A DNA stretch of 64,000 nt from Alphaproteobacteria bacterium (GCA_030835905.1 JAURQX010000040.1:299-64298); one strand, 5' to 3'; shown: positions 19,131-28,788, counted from the stretch's first letter. The notes: generated by a model from the sequence alone, not told the origin. Numbers and translations: made by a program.

Positions 19131-20044
19131 TTAGTGAGTAACTGCAATATTATATTTTTGTGATAAATATTTTTCTACATTTTGTCTTTCTGAATTTTTT
19201 AAGAATCGGTTGAATATTATTATCTCAGAAATTTGACCATTATAATAACTAGAGCAATTTTGGCCACTTAGTTCAGAGCCAACAACCAAAAAGTTATTTA
19301 TTAGTTTTATGGAATTAACATTAGTTCTTGAGGTTGGTGATTGTAGTATGCCATTTACATATAAATTATAATTACTTTCTGAAGTAGCATTGCTCCAAGT
19401 CCATGTTGAAATAAAAGGTTGATCATTAAATACTTCATCATATATGATCGATGCGCCGCCAAATCTTATACCAGTTACTCCTGGTTGAGCACCAACACCT
19501 CCTTGATTAATATCTATCCATAATTTTGAATAAGTTGCAGTACTATTATTACCAAGCCATAATGCATAAGTATACTCAACTTTTGATCTAGTTTTTCCTA
19601 CAATAAAAACTGTGCCAGGGCTTGATCCTTGGATATCTGGTGTTTTTTCACCTACAAAACACTCAAAGTGCCATTAAAGTCAACACATGGCAAACCATTA
19701 ATACAATTCTTGGTATAATCAGGTAGATTGCCAGTACCAAAATTATTTTTACCGAGATTTAATTTGCTGCTTCTTGTAGGATTTATATCTCTCCAAATGC
19801 TTAAATCTTGACCATCAAATAGGTTATCTTGGTAAAAACTTTCAGTTGATGTTGTCTCATACCAAGCATTTAAATTTGATATCGCAGCAACAATTGAATT
19901 ATTAGTAAGCGATGCAACGCTACTTATTTTCATTTTATTATAAAGGTCTTGACCTTTTACAATGCCAGCAACTAACAAACCAATTATCAAAATTACTATT
20001 GAAAGCTCAATTAAAGAAAAAGTTTTTTTTAGATTCTTTATCAT
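19131..20044 (-). pseudogene. pilin-like LamG protein, paralogue 3, interrupted by a frameshift
   Basis: ORF 19652..20044 encodes the N-terminal 130 aa, about 65-70% identical to paralogue 2 by eye. My translation of another frame from about 19675 down to stop 19131 gives ...GTVFIVGKT...FISTWTWS...YNGQISEIIIFNRFLKNSERQNVEKYLSQKYNIAVTH. The frames switch just after CVDFNG. Confidence 0.75.
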
Positions 20045-20148
20045 AAAGTTAAAATGGTATTAGTTGTTAATTAATAGCTGTGTTAGTAAATAATTATTAC
20101 TCGTATTTGCAACAATAACTTATTTAAATTAGATTCGTAAAGTGTTGA

Positions 20149-21405
20149 CTAATAAAGATTTAGCATTTCATCAAAGGTTGGCCTTTTTCTAATAACTGAC
20201 AATTTCTCGCCATCAACTAAAATTTCAGGAATTAATGGTCGGCAATTGTATTGATTAGACATCGAGCTGCCATAAGCACCAGAGTCAAGAAATGCCACTA
20301 AATCGCCAGCTTTTAATTCTGATAATTGGCGATTTTTAGCTAAAATATCAGTGGTTTCACAAACTGGACCCGCAAAATCATAAGTTACTTTTCTATTTTC
20401 TTCCTTAATTATTGGCAAAGTTTGGTGATAAGCATCATAAAGCCCAGGGCGCGCTAAATCATTCATACCAGCGTCAATTATCGCAAAATTTTTGCTAGCA
20501 GTTTCTTTAATATAAGTTACTTCACTAACCAAAATTCCAGCATTAGCAATCATTGATCTTCCAGGTGCTAAAGTAACTTTAACATCTAAATCTTGGGTTA
20601 AATCTTTGATGATTTTTATATAGTCAACAATTTCAAAAAGTTCTTCATCTTTATATTTTATGCCAATACCACCACCAAAATCTAGATTTTTAATATTATG
20701 ACCTTGTTTTTTTAGTTCCAAACAAAGCTCTCTGATTTTTAGAAATGCTAGTTTAAAAGGTTCAAGAGTTGTAATTTGAGAGCCAATATGGGTTGAAATG
20801 CCATAAATTTCCAAACCACTTAATTTTGAAGCTTCTTGATAAATTTCTTGAGCTAAATTGATATCTACACCAAATTTATCACTTTTACGACCAGTAGAAA
20901 TTTTGTCATGAGTTTTGGCGTCAACATCAGGGTTAACTCGAAGCATAAATTTAGCTTTCTTTCTTAAACTAATTGCCACTTCGTTAAGTAAATGCATTTC
21001 AGGAATTGATTCAACCGCAAATTCATCTATGCCATTTTTTAAAGCAAACCCAATTTCATCTTTGGTTTTGCCAACCCCAGCAAAAACAATTTTTTTAGGA
21101 TCAATTCCAGCCTTTAAAGCTAAATAAATTTCACCAGCAGAGACTGCGTCAATTCCGCTACCTAAACCAGCTAAAATTTTGACTAGATGAATATTGCAAT
21201 TGGCTTTAATGGCATAACAAATTTTATAATTTGAAATATTATGCTTTTTAAAAGCTTGTTCAAAAGTTGAAAAATTTGAAAATAAAGATTTTTTGCTGTA
21301 AACATAAAAAGGTGTACCAACTTTTTTGGCAATTTCATTAATTGCTAAATTTTCAACAAATAACTGTTGTTGATTATTATGGTTCTGATAGGCTAAATTA
21401 TTCAT
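20149..21405 (-). CDS. lysA: diaminopimelate decarboxylase
   Basis: YAIKANCN (PLP lysine), the GGGIGI motif and CETTD. Confidence 0.9.
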   Translation of the reverse strand: MNNLAYQNHNNQQQLFVENLAINEIAKKVGTPFYVYSKKSLFSNFSTFEQAFKKHNISNYKICYAIKANCNIHLVKILAGLGSGIDAVSAGEIYLALKAGIDPKKIVFAGVGKTKDEIGFALKNGIDEFAVESIPEMHLLNEVAISLRKKAKFMLRVNPDVDAKTHDKISTGRKSDKFGVDINLAQEIYQEASKLSGLEIYGISTHIGSQITTLEPFKLAFLKIRELCLELKKQGHNIKNLDFGGGIGIKYKDEELFEIVDYIKIIKDLTQDLDVKVTLAPGRSMIANAGILVSEVTYIKETASKNFAIIDAGMNDLARPGLYDAYHQTLPIIKEENRKVTYDFAGPVCETTDILAKNRQLSELKAGDLVAFLDSGAYGSSMSNQYNCRPLIPEILVDGEKLSVIRKRPTFDEMLNLY

Positions 21406-21433
21406 TTTAACTCTTTAGTAATTAAAAAACCTA

Positions 21434-21922
21434 ATGGATAAAGAAAAATCTTACAAAAACAAGCAAAATCCTGCATTACTTAAAAGAAGTTTAGCAAGAT
21501 TAATGGCGGTACAAATTTTATATCAAAAAGATTTTAATTCTTCAAATCAAAATCTTGATAAAATAAAAAATGATGTAATCGAAAATTATGTTTTGGATTG
21601 CGGTGATGATATATCTTCCTATAAAAACAAAATAGATGAAAAATTCTTAGAAAACTTATTGAGTGGAGTTTCTATGGTTGAGACCAATCTTGATGAGAAA
21701 ATTATTAATAATTTAAAAGCTGGTTGGTCTTTAAAGGCACTTGAAGAACCGATTTTACAAATTTTGAGATGTGCTATTTTTGAGTTAAATTATGTTAAAA
21801 ATGTTCCAGCTAAAGTGGTGCTTGATGAATATGTTTCAATTGCAGCCAGTTTTTTTGATAGTAAAAAAGTTACTTTTGTTAATGCTATAATTGATAAAAT
21901 AGCAAAAGATTTAAAAAGCTAA
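21434..21922 (+). CDS. nusB: transcription antitermination factor NusB
   Basis: ARLMAVQILYQ, LRCAIFEL and FVNAIIDKI motifs; 162 aa. Confidence 0.85.
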   Translation: MDKEKSYKNKQNPALLKRSLARLMAVQILYQKDFNSSNQNLDKIKNDVIENYVLDCGDDISSYKNKIDEKFLENLLSGVSMVETNLDEKIINNLKAGWSLKALEEPILQILRCAIFELNYVKNVPAKVVLDEYVSIAASFFDSKKVTFVNAIIDKIAKDLKS

Positions 21923-22470
21923 TGAAGGTTTTAATTGGTAAAATTACTAGTGTTTTTGGTATAAAAGGGCAGGTTAAAATATTAAGCTATTGTCAAGATT
22001 CGCAAGAAATTGCTAATTATCCACTTTTTGATAAAAATAATCAGCCAATTTCTCTTAAAATAACTTCAACCAAAAAGAAGGCTGGCAATCAAAATGAAAT
22101 TTTAATTGCTAAAATTAATGATATTTCGGATCGCAATTTGGCTGAAAAATTGATAGGTACCGAGATTTTTACCAACCGCGATGATTTTGCTGAAACTGAA
22201 GAAAATGAGTTTTACTATGTTGACTTGATTGGTCTTAAAGTTCTTGATAATCAACAAAATGATTTGGGACAAATTAAAAATGTTTTAGATTTTGGCGCTG
22301 GAAGTTTAATTGAAGTTGAGTTTGATGATAAAATTTGTCAGGAAAGAAATCTTAAAAAGATTGAAAACTTTACATTTAAAGATGAATTTTTTCCTGAAGT
22401 AAATATCAAAAAAGGCTTCATAATTATTAACTTTCCAGAATTTTTAACTGCTAAAGAGGAAAATAATTAA
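21922..22470 (+). CDS. rimM: 16S rRNA processing protein RimM
   Basis: GKITSVFGIKGQVKI N-terminus and a PRC-barrel-like C-terminus. Start overlaps the nusB stop (TAATG). Confidence 0.8.
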   Translation: MKVLIGKITSVFGIKGQVKILSYCQDSQEIANYPLFDKNNQPISLKITSTKKKAGNQNEILIAKINDISDRNLAEKLIGTEIFTNRDDFAETEENEFYYVDLIGLKVLDNQQNDLGQIKNVLDFGAGSLIEVEFDDKICQERNLKKIENFTFKDEFFPEVNIKKGFIIINFPEFLTAKEENN

Positions 22471-22488
22471 GAATTTATTTTTTAAGTA

Positions 22489-23084
22489 ATGACTCAAAAA
22501 AATAATTTATGTACAGAAATTTATCGCAAAATATTTCACTTAAGCTCGCTATGGATGGTTTTGGCAATTTATTTGCTTAGTAAGGGCCAAGCAGTTTTTC
22601 TTTTTTAGTTTTGACCAAAATAGTTTTTTTGACTTAAATTTTACGAAAAAAATATAAAGTTCTGGCAAAAATATATCAGCAATTTTTTGGTAAAATTCTG
22701 CGCGTTCATGAGCAAAAAGGTTCCTTTTCAGGGGCATTTTTTATGCTTTTATCATGTTTGATTGTGGTGACGTTATTCTCTAAAATTATTGCCATGGCTT
22801 CGCTAAGCGTTACTCTTATTTCTTACAGCGCAGCAGCTATAATTGGCAAAAAATTCGGCAAGCATAAATTATTGGATAAGTCAATTGAGGGTAGTTTGGC
22901 TTTTTTTATATCAGCAATTTTAGTGATTTCTTATTTTTATAATTTTTCACAAAATTTTTTAGCAATCATAATTATTGCTTTTTTAGTAACAATTGCTGAG
23001 CTTTTTGCTAAAAAAATTAAAGTTGATGACAACTTAACCATAACCTTAATTACCGCATCTTCATTAGTGATATTTTTTAATTGA
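22489..23084 (+). pseudogene. polyprenol/phytol kinase-phosphatidate cytidylyltransferase-like membrane protein, two frameshifts
   Basis: Frame 1 (22489..22608) encodes MTQKNNLCTEIYRKIFHLSSLWMVLAIYLL. The reading frame continues in a second frame to 22657, then in a third from 22638: ...GAFFMLLSCL...AAAIIGKKFGKHKLLDKSIEGSLAFF. The frame changes coincide with a T5CT6 tract (22595..22606) and an A7 tract (22646..22652). Confidence 0.6.
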
Positions 23085-23170
23085 TGAAAAGCGCAATTTA
23101 TTTTGTGGGGAACGACCCTAAAAAATAAAAGGAAGACTAATTAAATTTCACTTCGTGAAATTTAAGAAAA

Positions 23171-23245
23171 TGGAGCGGGTGATGAGGTTCGAACTCACGA
23201 CTTTTACCTTGGCAAGGTAACGCTCTACCACTGAGCTACACCCGC
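23171..23245 (-). tRNA. tRNA-Gly (anticodon GCC)
   Basis: The reverse complement GCGGGTGTAGCTCAGTGGTAGAGCGTTACCTTGCCAAGGTAAAAGTCGTGAGTTCGAACCTCATCACCCGCTCCA folds as a 75-nt cloverleaf with anticodon loop TTGCCAA. Confidence 0.93.
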
Positions 23246-23396
23246 TTATAAGTTATAAGACATAAAAACCTAGCAAGTTAAAAATAATTTGCAATATTCA
23301 ATGATGAATTTATCGTTATCAATAAATTTTATATCATGCTAATTTTCCTAAAAAAATTATATTGTTTTAACAAATAATAAAACTACTCCACATCTT

Positions 23397-24002
23397 ATGA
23401 AGTTTCGAAATATTATTTTAACAATTTTGATGTCGTTTTTTTTAACTTCATGTGTTGAGACAATAATTGGCGGATCATTAACCACTGCATATCTTGCATC
23501 TCGAGAAAAAGGCATAACTTCAACTGCTAGAGATGCTAAAATTGCTAGTGTTATGGGCTCAAAATTTATTGCTAATGGCTTAAAAAATCCTGGTAATTCA
23601 GTAGATATAACTGTTAATGAGGGTAGAGTTTTGTTAACTGGAATTGTTAGAGACCCACAAAAAGCTAGAAAAGCAATTGATATTGCTTGGGAAGTAAAGA
23701 GCGTTAAAGAAGTAATTGACGAAATTCAGATTGCCCAAGATCCAAAATTAAGACCTAAAGACTTTCCTAAAAGTCTAGTTGATTATGGTTTAACTCTTAA
23801 GATTGAATCAAGACTATTATTATCTAAAAATATCGAAGCCAAAAACTACAAAATTACTACAGTTGGTAGAACGGTATATTTACTTGGCATAGCACAGGAT
23901 CAAGTTGAAATAAATGAAGTCTTGCAAAAAATTTCTCATGTCATCGGAGTTGAAAGGGTGGTAAATCATGTTATTCTAAGAGATGATTCAAGAAGAGGGT
24001 GA
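23397..24002 (+). CDS. BON domain-containing lipoprotein (OsmY/DolP-like)
   Basis: Lipobox FLTSC, plus two BON-like modules (ITVNEGRVLLTGIV and TTVGRTVYLLGIA...VVNHV). Confidence 0.7.
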   Translation: MKFRNIILTILMSFFLTSCVETIIGGSLTTAYLASREKGITSTARDAKIASVMGSKFIANGLKNPGNSVDITVNEGRVLLTGIVRDPQKARKAIDIAWEVKSVKEVIDEIQIAQDPKLRPKDFPKSLVDYGLTLKIESRLLLSKNIEAKNYKITTVGRTVYLLGIAQDQVEINEVLQKISHVIGVERVVNHVILRDDSRRG

Positions 24003-25371
24003 TTCAACTTTTGAAGTTATTACATTTGGTTGTCGCTTAAATAGCTTTGAATCAGAAATCATTAAAAATGCGGTCAAAGAATCTAATCAAAAAAACCTAG
24101 TTGTTTTTAATTCATGCGCTGTTACAGCAGAGGCTGAGAGGCAATTAAGACAAAAAATCCGTAAATATAAAAAGGAAAATCCGCAAGCAAAAATTGTAGT
24201 CACTGGTTGTGCAGCGCAAATTAATCCAGAAAAATACGCCAAAATGGTTGAAATTGACTTGATTTTAGGTAATCAAGAAAAATTAGAAGCTAAAAATTAT
24301 CAATTTGCTTTGGATAGAAAGTACTCAAAACAAATCAAAAATTCACCTAAAAATAAGCAAAATAGCGAAATTTTTCACAAAGATCAGCTATTTTTGAACG
24401 AAAGAAAGTCAAATGCTGAGTTTTTGCAAGAAAATGAGTTAGTCAAAATTAAGGTTAACGATATTATGTCGGTTGAAGACACTGCACCGCAGTTGGTTTC
24501 TTATTTTGAAAATCGCACGCGAGCTTTTTTGGAAATTCAAAATGGCTGTAATCATCGCTGTACTTTTTGTATAATTCCTTTTGGTCGTGGCAATAGCAGA
24601 TCAGTGCCTTTGGGTGAAATTGTTAAAAATGTTAAAGAATTAGTCAAAAATGGTCATCAAGAAATTGTGTTGACAGGAGTTGATATCTCTGATTATGGCA
24701 AAGATTTAGCAGTACCAATTACTTTGTCGCAAATGATTCGACGGCTTTTGAATATAGTGCCAGAATTATCAAGACTAAGACTTTCTTCAATTGATGTGGC
24801 GGAAATTGATCAAGAGTTTTTCGATATACTAGCAAATGAACCAAGATTAATGCCTTATTTGCACTTAAGTGTGCAATCGGGTGATGATTTAATTTTAAAA
24901 CGCATGAAAAGGCGTCATACAAGAGCGCAAGTTATTGAATTTTGTCAAAAAGCTAGAAAAATTCGTCCAGAGATTACTTTTGGTGCTGATATAATCGCGG
25001 GTTTTCCTACCGAAAGCGAAGAAGCTTTGCAAAATTCAATTAATTTAATAAAAGAAGCAGATTTAATTTTTACCCATATTTTTCCTTACTCTTCAAGACA
25101 AGGAACGCCAGCTTCTAAAATGCCACAAATTGATAAAAAAATTATTAAGCATCGCGCCAAAAAATTAAGAGAGGCTGGGAATTTGCAACTAAAACAATAT
25201 CTTGCCAAGCAAATTGGCAAGATTTTATCAGTAATTATAGAAAAAGATAATTATGGTAAGTCTGATAATTTTCTAGATGTTAAATTTGTTGGTTCCAAAA
25301 AGTTAATCAATGGCCAAATATATGATCTCAAAATAACATCTGTTGACAATTGTCAGCTAATTAGTAGCTAA
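23983..25371 (+). CDS. mtaB: MiaB-like radical-SAM methylthiotransferase (MtaB type)
   Basis: FGCRLNSFESE, VVTGCAAQ, GCNHRCTFCIIPFGRG and a C-terminal TRAM-like segment. Confidence 0.8.
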   Translation: MIQEEGDSTFEVITFGCRLNSFESEIIKNAVKESNQKNLVVFNSCAVTAEAERQLRQKIRKYKKENPQAKIVVTGCAAQINPEKYAKMVEIDLILGNQEKLEAKNYQFALDRKYSKQIKNSPKNKQNSEIFHKDQLFLNERKSNAEFLQENELVKIKVNDIMSVEDTAPQLVSYFENRTRAFLEIQNGCNHRCTFCIIPFGRGNSRSVPLGEIVKNVKELVKNGHQEIVLTGVDISDYGKDLAVPITLSQMIRRLLNIVPELSRLRLSSIDVAEIDQEFFDILANEPRLMPYLHLSVQSGDDLILKRMKRRHTRAQVIEFCQKARKIRPEITFGADIIAGFPTESEEALQNSINLIKEADLIFTHIFPYSSRQGTPASKMPQIDKKIIKHRAKKLREAGNLQLKQYLAKQIGKILSVIIEKDNYGKSDNFLDVKFVGSKKLINGQIYDLKITSVDNCQLISS

Positions 25372-25800
25372 TTTTTTTAAATAATCATCAATCCTATTTT
25401 TATTCATAATAACTTTATTGCGATGCTTATTCAAGAAATCTTTAGCTTCTTCTAAATTTTTGGCTTCGCCGACTTGAATGATTCCAATCATTGCCATCAC
25501 TCCATGGATTGAGCATTCATAGATGTAAATTCCTTGTTGATTAAAATCTAGGCTAAATCTCTGATTAGTTTGGCTTTTCCATGGCTTAGAATTTTTGGGA
25601 ATAAGTAACGAAGCGCTGTTGTGTCCTAATTGCTCAGGTATAAATGTTACTTTATCACCAACATTAATTTTTAAAAATGATGGCTCAAAAATCATCGATT
25701 TACCATCTAGTTGATTTAGCATTTTAACCTCAAAATCTTTACTAAATGCAAAGTTTGAAACAAAAAAAACCAAGAACAAAAATTTGAGAAGTGTTTTCAA
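25357..25800 (-). CDS. pseudoazurin-like type 1 copper protein (secreted)
   Basis: Signal peptide MKTLLKFLFLVFFVSNFAFS. Copper ligand pattern GHN ... YECSIHGVMAMIG (Cys-x2-His-x4-Met). Confidence 0.8.
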   Translation of the reverse strand: MKTLLKFLFLVFFVSNFAFSKDFEVKMLNQLDGKSMIFEPSFLKINVGDKVTFIPEQLGHNSASLLIPKNSKPWKSQTNQRFSLDFNQQGIYIYECSIHGVMAMIGIIQVGEAKNLEEAKDFLNKHRNKVIMNKNRIDDYLKKLATN

Positions 25801-25821
25801 TTAATTATAATTTATTTAAAA

Positions 25822-25860
25822 GACCCCTCAAATTAACAAATTTAGCAACTTTGAGGGGTC
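25822..25860 (-). terminator. rho-independent terminator of katG
   Basis: 10-bp stem gacccctcaa/ttgaggggtc. On the minus strand it is followed by cttttaaataaatt, just after the katG stop. Confidence 0.6.
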
Positions 25861-25866
25861 AGTAGT

Positions 25867-28170
25867 TTAATTTTTGAGATCAAAACGGTCTAATCTCATA
25901 ACTTTAACCCAAGCATTAACAAAATCTTTAACAAATTTTTCTTTTGAATCATTCATTGCGTATACTTCAGCTATTGCTCTAAGTTCTGGGTGGGAACCAA
26001 AAATTAGATCAACATCAGTAGCGCTAAATTTTAGCTGATTGCTGTTTCGATCAAATCCTTGATAAAAATCTTGACCTTCAACTTGGCGCCAAATAATAGA
26101 CCTATCCAATAGGTTAACAAAAAAATCATTTTCTAAATTTTCAGTTTTATTGGTAAATATGCCATGATTGTTGTTGCTATTTGCTCCTAAGGTTCTCATA
26201 CCGCCAATTAAAACTGTCATTTCAGGAACACTTAATTTTAATTGATCTGCCTTATCAACCAGCATTTCTAAAGCTGGTCGGTAATTTTGATCTTTATTAT
26301 AATAGTTTCTAAATGCATCAGCTTTTGGCTCTAGCAAAGCAAAAGATTCAACATCAGTTTGCTCTTGAGTAGCATCAGCTCGACCAGCTTCAAATGGGAC
26401 GATAATATCAAAACCAGCATTTTGCGCTGCCTTTTCAATCGCTGCAGATCCTCCAATAATAATCAAATCTGCAATAGAAACTTGCTTATTGATTAAGCGA
26501 TTAAAAAAGGATTCATTAAAATCTTTTTGAATGCTTTTTAAAGTAACTAATACTTTAGCTAATTGTTGAGGATTGTTAATTTCCCAATTTTTTTGAGGTA
26601 GAAGTTGGATTCTTGCACCATTTGCTCCGCCTCTCATATCAGAATCTCTGTAGGTTGAGGCTGAGGCCCATGCTGTACTAACTAAATCATTAATAGTTAG
26701 TCCAGACTCAAGAATTTTAGCTTTTAGATTCTTTATATCATTATTGCTTGCCAAAGAATAATCAGCTTTAGAAATCGGATCTTGCCATATCAAATCTTCT
26801 TTTGGAAAAGCATTTCCAGCATAACGACTAACAGGACCCATGTCACGGTGAGTTAATTTAAACCAAGCTTTAGCAAAAGCTTTTTGATATTCCTTAGGAT
26901 TGGCTAAAAACTTTTCGGCAATTTTTTTATATTCTGGATCAAATTTTAACGCCAAGTCAGCAGTTGTCATTACTGGTGGGTTGAATTTTCCTTTAACATG
27001 AGCATCTGGTACAGTTTTATGTAAGGATTCATCGCTTGGAACCCAAATAATTGCACCAGCAGGACTTTTGGTTTGTTGCCAATCTAGCTTAAGAAGATTT
27101 TCTAGATAAAGAGTTGACCATTGAGTTGGGGCTTGTGTCCAAGCGCCTTCAAGGCCACTAGTAACAGTATCTTCAGAATGTCCTTTGCCACATTTATTTT
27201 TCCAGCCTAAACCTTGAGCTGAGATTGGTGATGCAGCTGGTTCTTTGCCGACGCACTCAGCTTTTTGAGCGCCGTGCATTTTCCCAAATGTGTGTCCACC
27301 GGCAATCAAAGCAACTGTTTCTTCATCATTCATTGCCATTCGACCAAAGGCAGTTCTGATATTTTTGGCAGAACCAACTGGATCGGGTTTGCCCATCGGA
27401 CCTTCTGGATTAACGTAAATTAATCCCATGTGAGTAGCCCCAAGAGGCCTTTGTAACTTACCATCTTTTTCTTTTCGATCACTAGCTAACATTTCAACTT
27501 CAGGACCCCAATAGACTAGATCTGGCTCCCAATCATCAGCTCTGCCGCCAGCAAATCCATATGTTTCAAATCCCATATTTTCTAGAGCAACATTACCAGA
27601 TAAAATCATTAGATCTGCCCAAGATAAACTACGACCATATTTTTGTTTAATTGGCCATAATAAACGACGCGCTTTGTCAAGATTGCCATTATCTGGCCAG
27701 CTATTTAACGGGTCAAAACGCATTTGACCACCATCTCCACCACCACGACCATCAAGTGTTCTATAAGTTCCTGCACTATGCCATGCTAAACGAATAAAAA
27801 ATGGGCCATAATTTCCAAAATCTGCTGGCCACCAGTCTTGCGAGTCAGTTAAGACTTTATTTATATCTTTTTTAACTTCATTCAAATCTAGTTTACTAAA
27901 TTCTGCTGCGTAATCAAAGTCAGATCCATATGGATTTGATTTTTTGTCATGATCTCTAAGGGATGATAAATCAAGTTGAGTAGGCCACCAAAAATTGTTT
28001 GGCCTAGCATTAGCACTATATTTTTTGATATTTTCAGTTGTAAATTTTATTTTGAAATCTTTAGCTAAATCGTTGGCTATAGAGTATGAAGTTGAGGAAA
28101 TTAAAATTGATCCAATCAATGCAGTAGTAGTCAAAAGACTTTTTGCATGAAAATTCTTCTTATTTAGCAT
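25867..28170 (-). CDS. katG: catalase-peroxidase KatG with N-terminal signal peptide
   Basis: [21 protein letters not shown] and a two-domain 767-aa architecture. The N-terminal 30-35 aa form a Sec-type signal ([29 protein letters not shown]). Confidence 0.93.
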   Translation of the reverse strand: MLNKKNFHAKSLLTTTALIGSILISSTSYSIANDLAKDFKIKFTTENIKKYSANARPNNFWWPTQLDLSSLRDHDKKSNPYGSDFDYAAEFSKLDLNEVKKDINKVLTDSQDWWPADFGNYGPFFIRLAWHSAGTYRTLDGRGGGDGGQMRFDPLNSWPDNGNLDKARRLLWPIKQKYGRSLSWADLMILSGNVALENMGFETYGFAGGRADDWEPDLVYWGPEVEMLASDRKEKDGKLQRPLGATHMGLIYVNPEGPMGKPDPVGSAKNIRTAFGRMAMNDEETVALIAGGHTFGKMHGAQKAECVGKEPAASPISAQGLGWKNKCGKGHSEDTVTSGLEGAWTQAPTQWSTLYLENLLKLDWQQTKSPAGAIIWVPSDESLHKTVPDAHVKGKFNPPVMTTADLALKFDPEYKKIAEKFLANPKEYQKAFAKAWFKLTHRDMGPVSRYAGNAFPKEDLIWQDPISKADYSLASNNDIKNLKAKILESGLTINDLVSTAWASASTYRDSDMRGGANGARIQLLPQKNWEINNPQQLAKVLVTLKSIQKDFNESFFNRLINKQVSIADLIIIGGSAAIEKAAQNAGFDIIVPFEAGRADATQEQTDVESFALLEPKADAFRNYYNKDQNYRPALEMLVDKADQLKLSVPEMTVLIGGMRTLGANSNNNHGIFTNKTENLENDFFVNLLDRSIIWRQVEGQDFYQGFDRNSNQLKFSATDVDLIFGSHPELRAIAEVYAMNDSKEKFVKDFVNAWVKVMRLDRFDLKN

Positions 28171-28351
28171 AGCTATCTTGATTTAGTTGATAAAATTATA
28201 CTTTTTATTAACTCGTGTAAAAATATTATAAGTTATAACAGTTTATGCACGAGTTAATATGTTTTTTAAAATTTGAAATTTTAATTTGTAACTTTTTTTT
28301 AAAATTGTAGATATTAGCTCATACGTAAGCTAGTTGCCTTTTGAAATTAAC

Positions 28352-28516
28352 ATATAGATAAGTCAATTAAGATTCAGACTTTTATAAGGCAAATTTTGGC
28401 TATAAATTTAATTTAAAACCTTGAAGTATATCCAATACTACTGCGGTTTTAACTTAAATTTCTATCTCAAAATTTTCTCATATAAAATTTCTAAATCTTA
28501 ACTGACTTATCTATAT
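28352..28516. repeat. 165-bp imperfect palindromic element
   Basis: Termini atatagataagtcaattaag and cttaactgacttatctatat match at 19 of 20 positions. The inner arms pair at about 75% identity, with apex agtat-atcca-atact. Confidence 0.8.
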
Positions 28517-28642
28517 TCCTTAACAAAACAATTTTTCAAATCCAAATTAGCAGTTAGTAATATAGCTTTTTTAGATTGCTTTGTTAAGAAATATTTCTTG
28601 TCACAAGCGCAACTAGTTTGTGCGCAAGTTAATAATTTTTAT

Positions 28643-28788
28643 TAGACTTCTTGCATAACTGCCAAATTTTGGTAATTTTTTCGTTATTAAAAATTTTTGA
28701 AACTCACGTACATCAAAGTACGCTAAAATTCCAAAAATTTTTAATGCCTACAAATTCCTCAAAATTTTATGGTTATGCAAGAAGTCTA
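28643..28788. repeat. 146-bp imperfect palindromic element
   Basis: Perfect 17-bp termini tagacttcttgcataac/gttatgcaagaagtcta. The inner arms pair at about 75% identity, with apex cgtac-atcaaa-gtacg. Confidence 0.85.

Noticed and set aside
22549..22737. 62-aa ORF on the minus strand
   Set aside because: It is antisense to the frameshifted polyprenol-kinase-like gene, whose three sense-frame pieces give a coherent family match.
24300..24470. Low-complexity roughly 40-aa segment in MtaB as a possible in-frame palindromic-element insertion
   Set aside because: I found only a 9-bp AT-rich stem (caaaatagc/gctattttg). There is no convincing similarity to the intergenic palindromic elements and no compositional shift. 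The evidence is insufficient.
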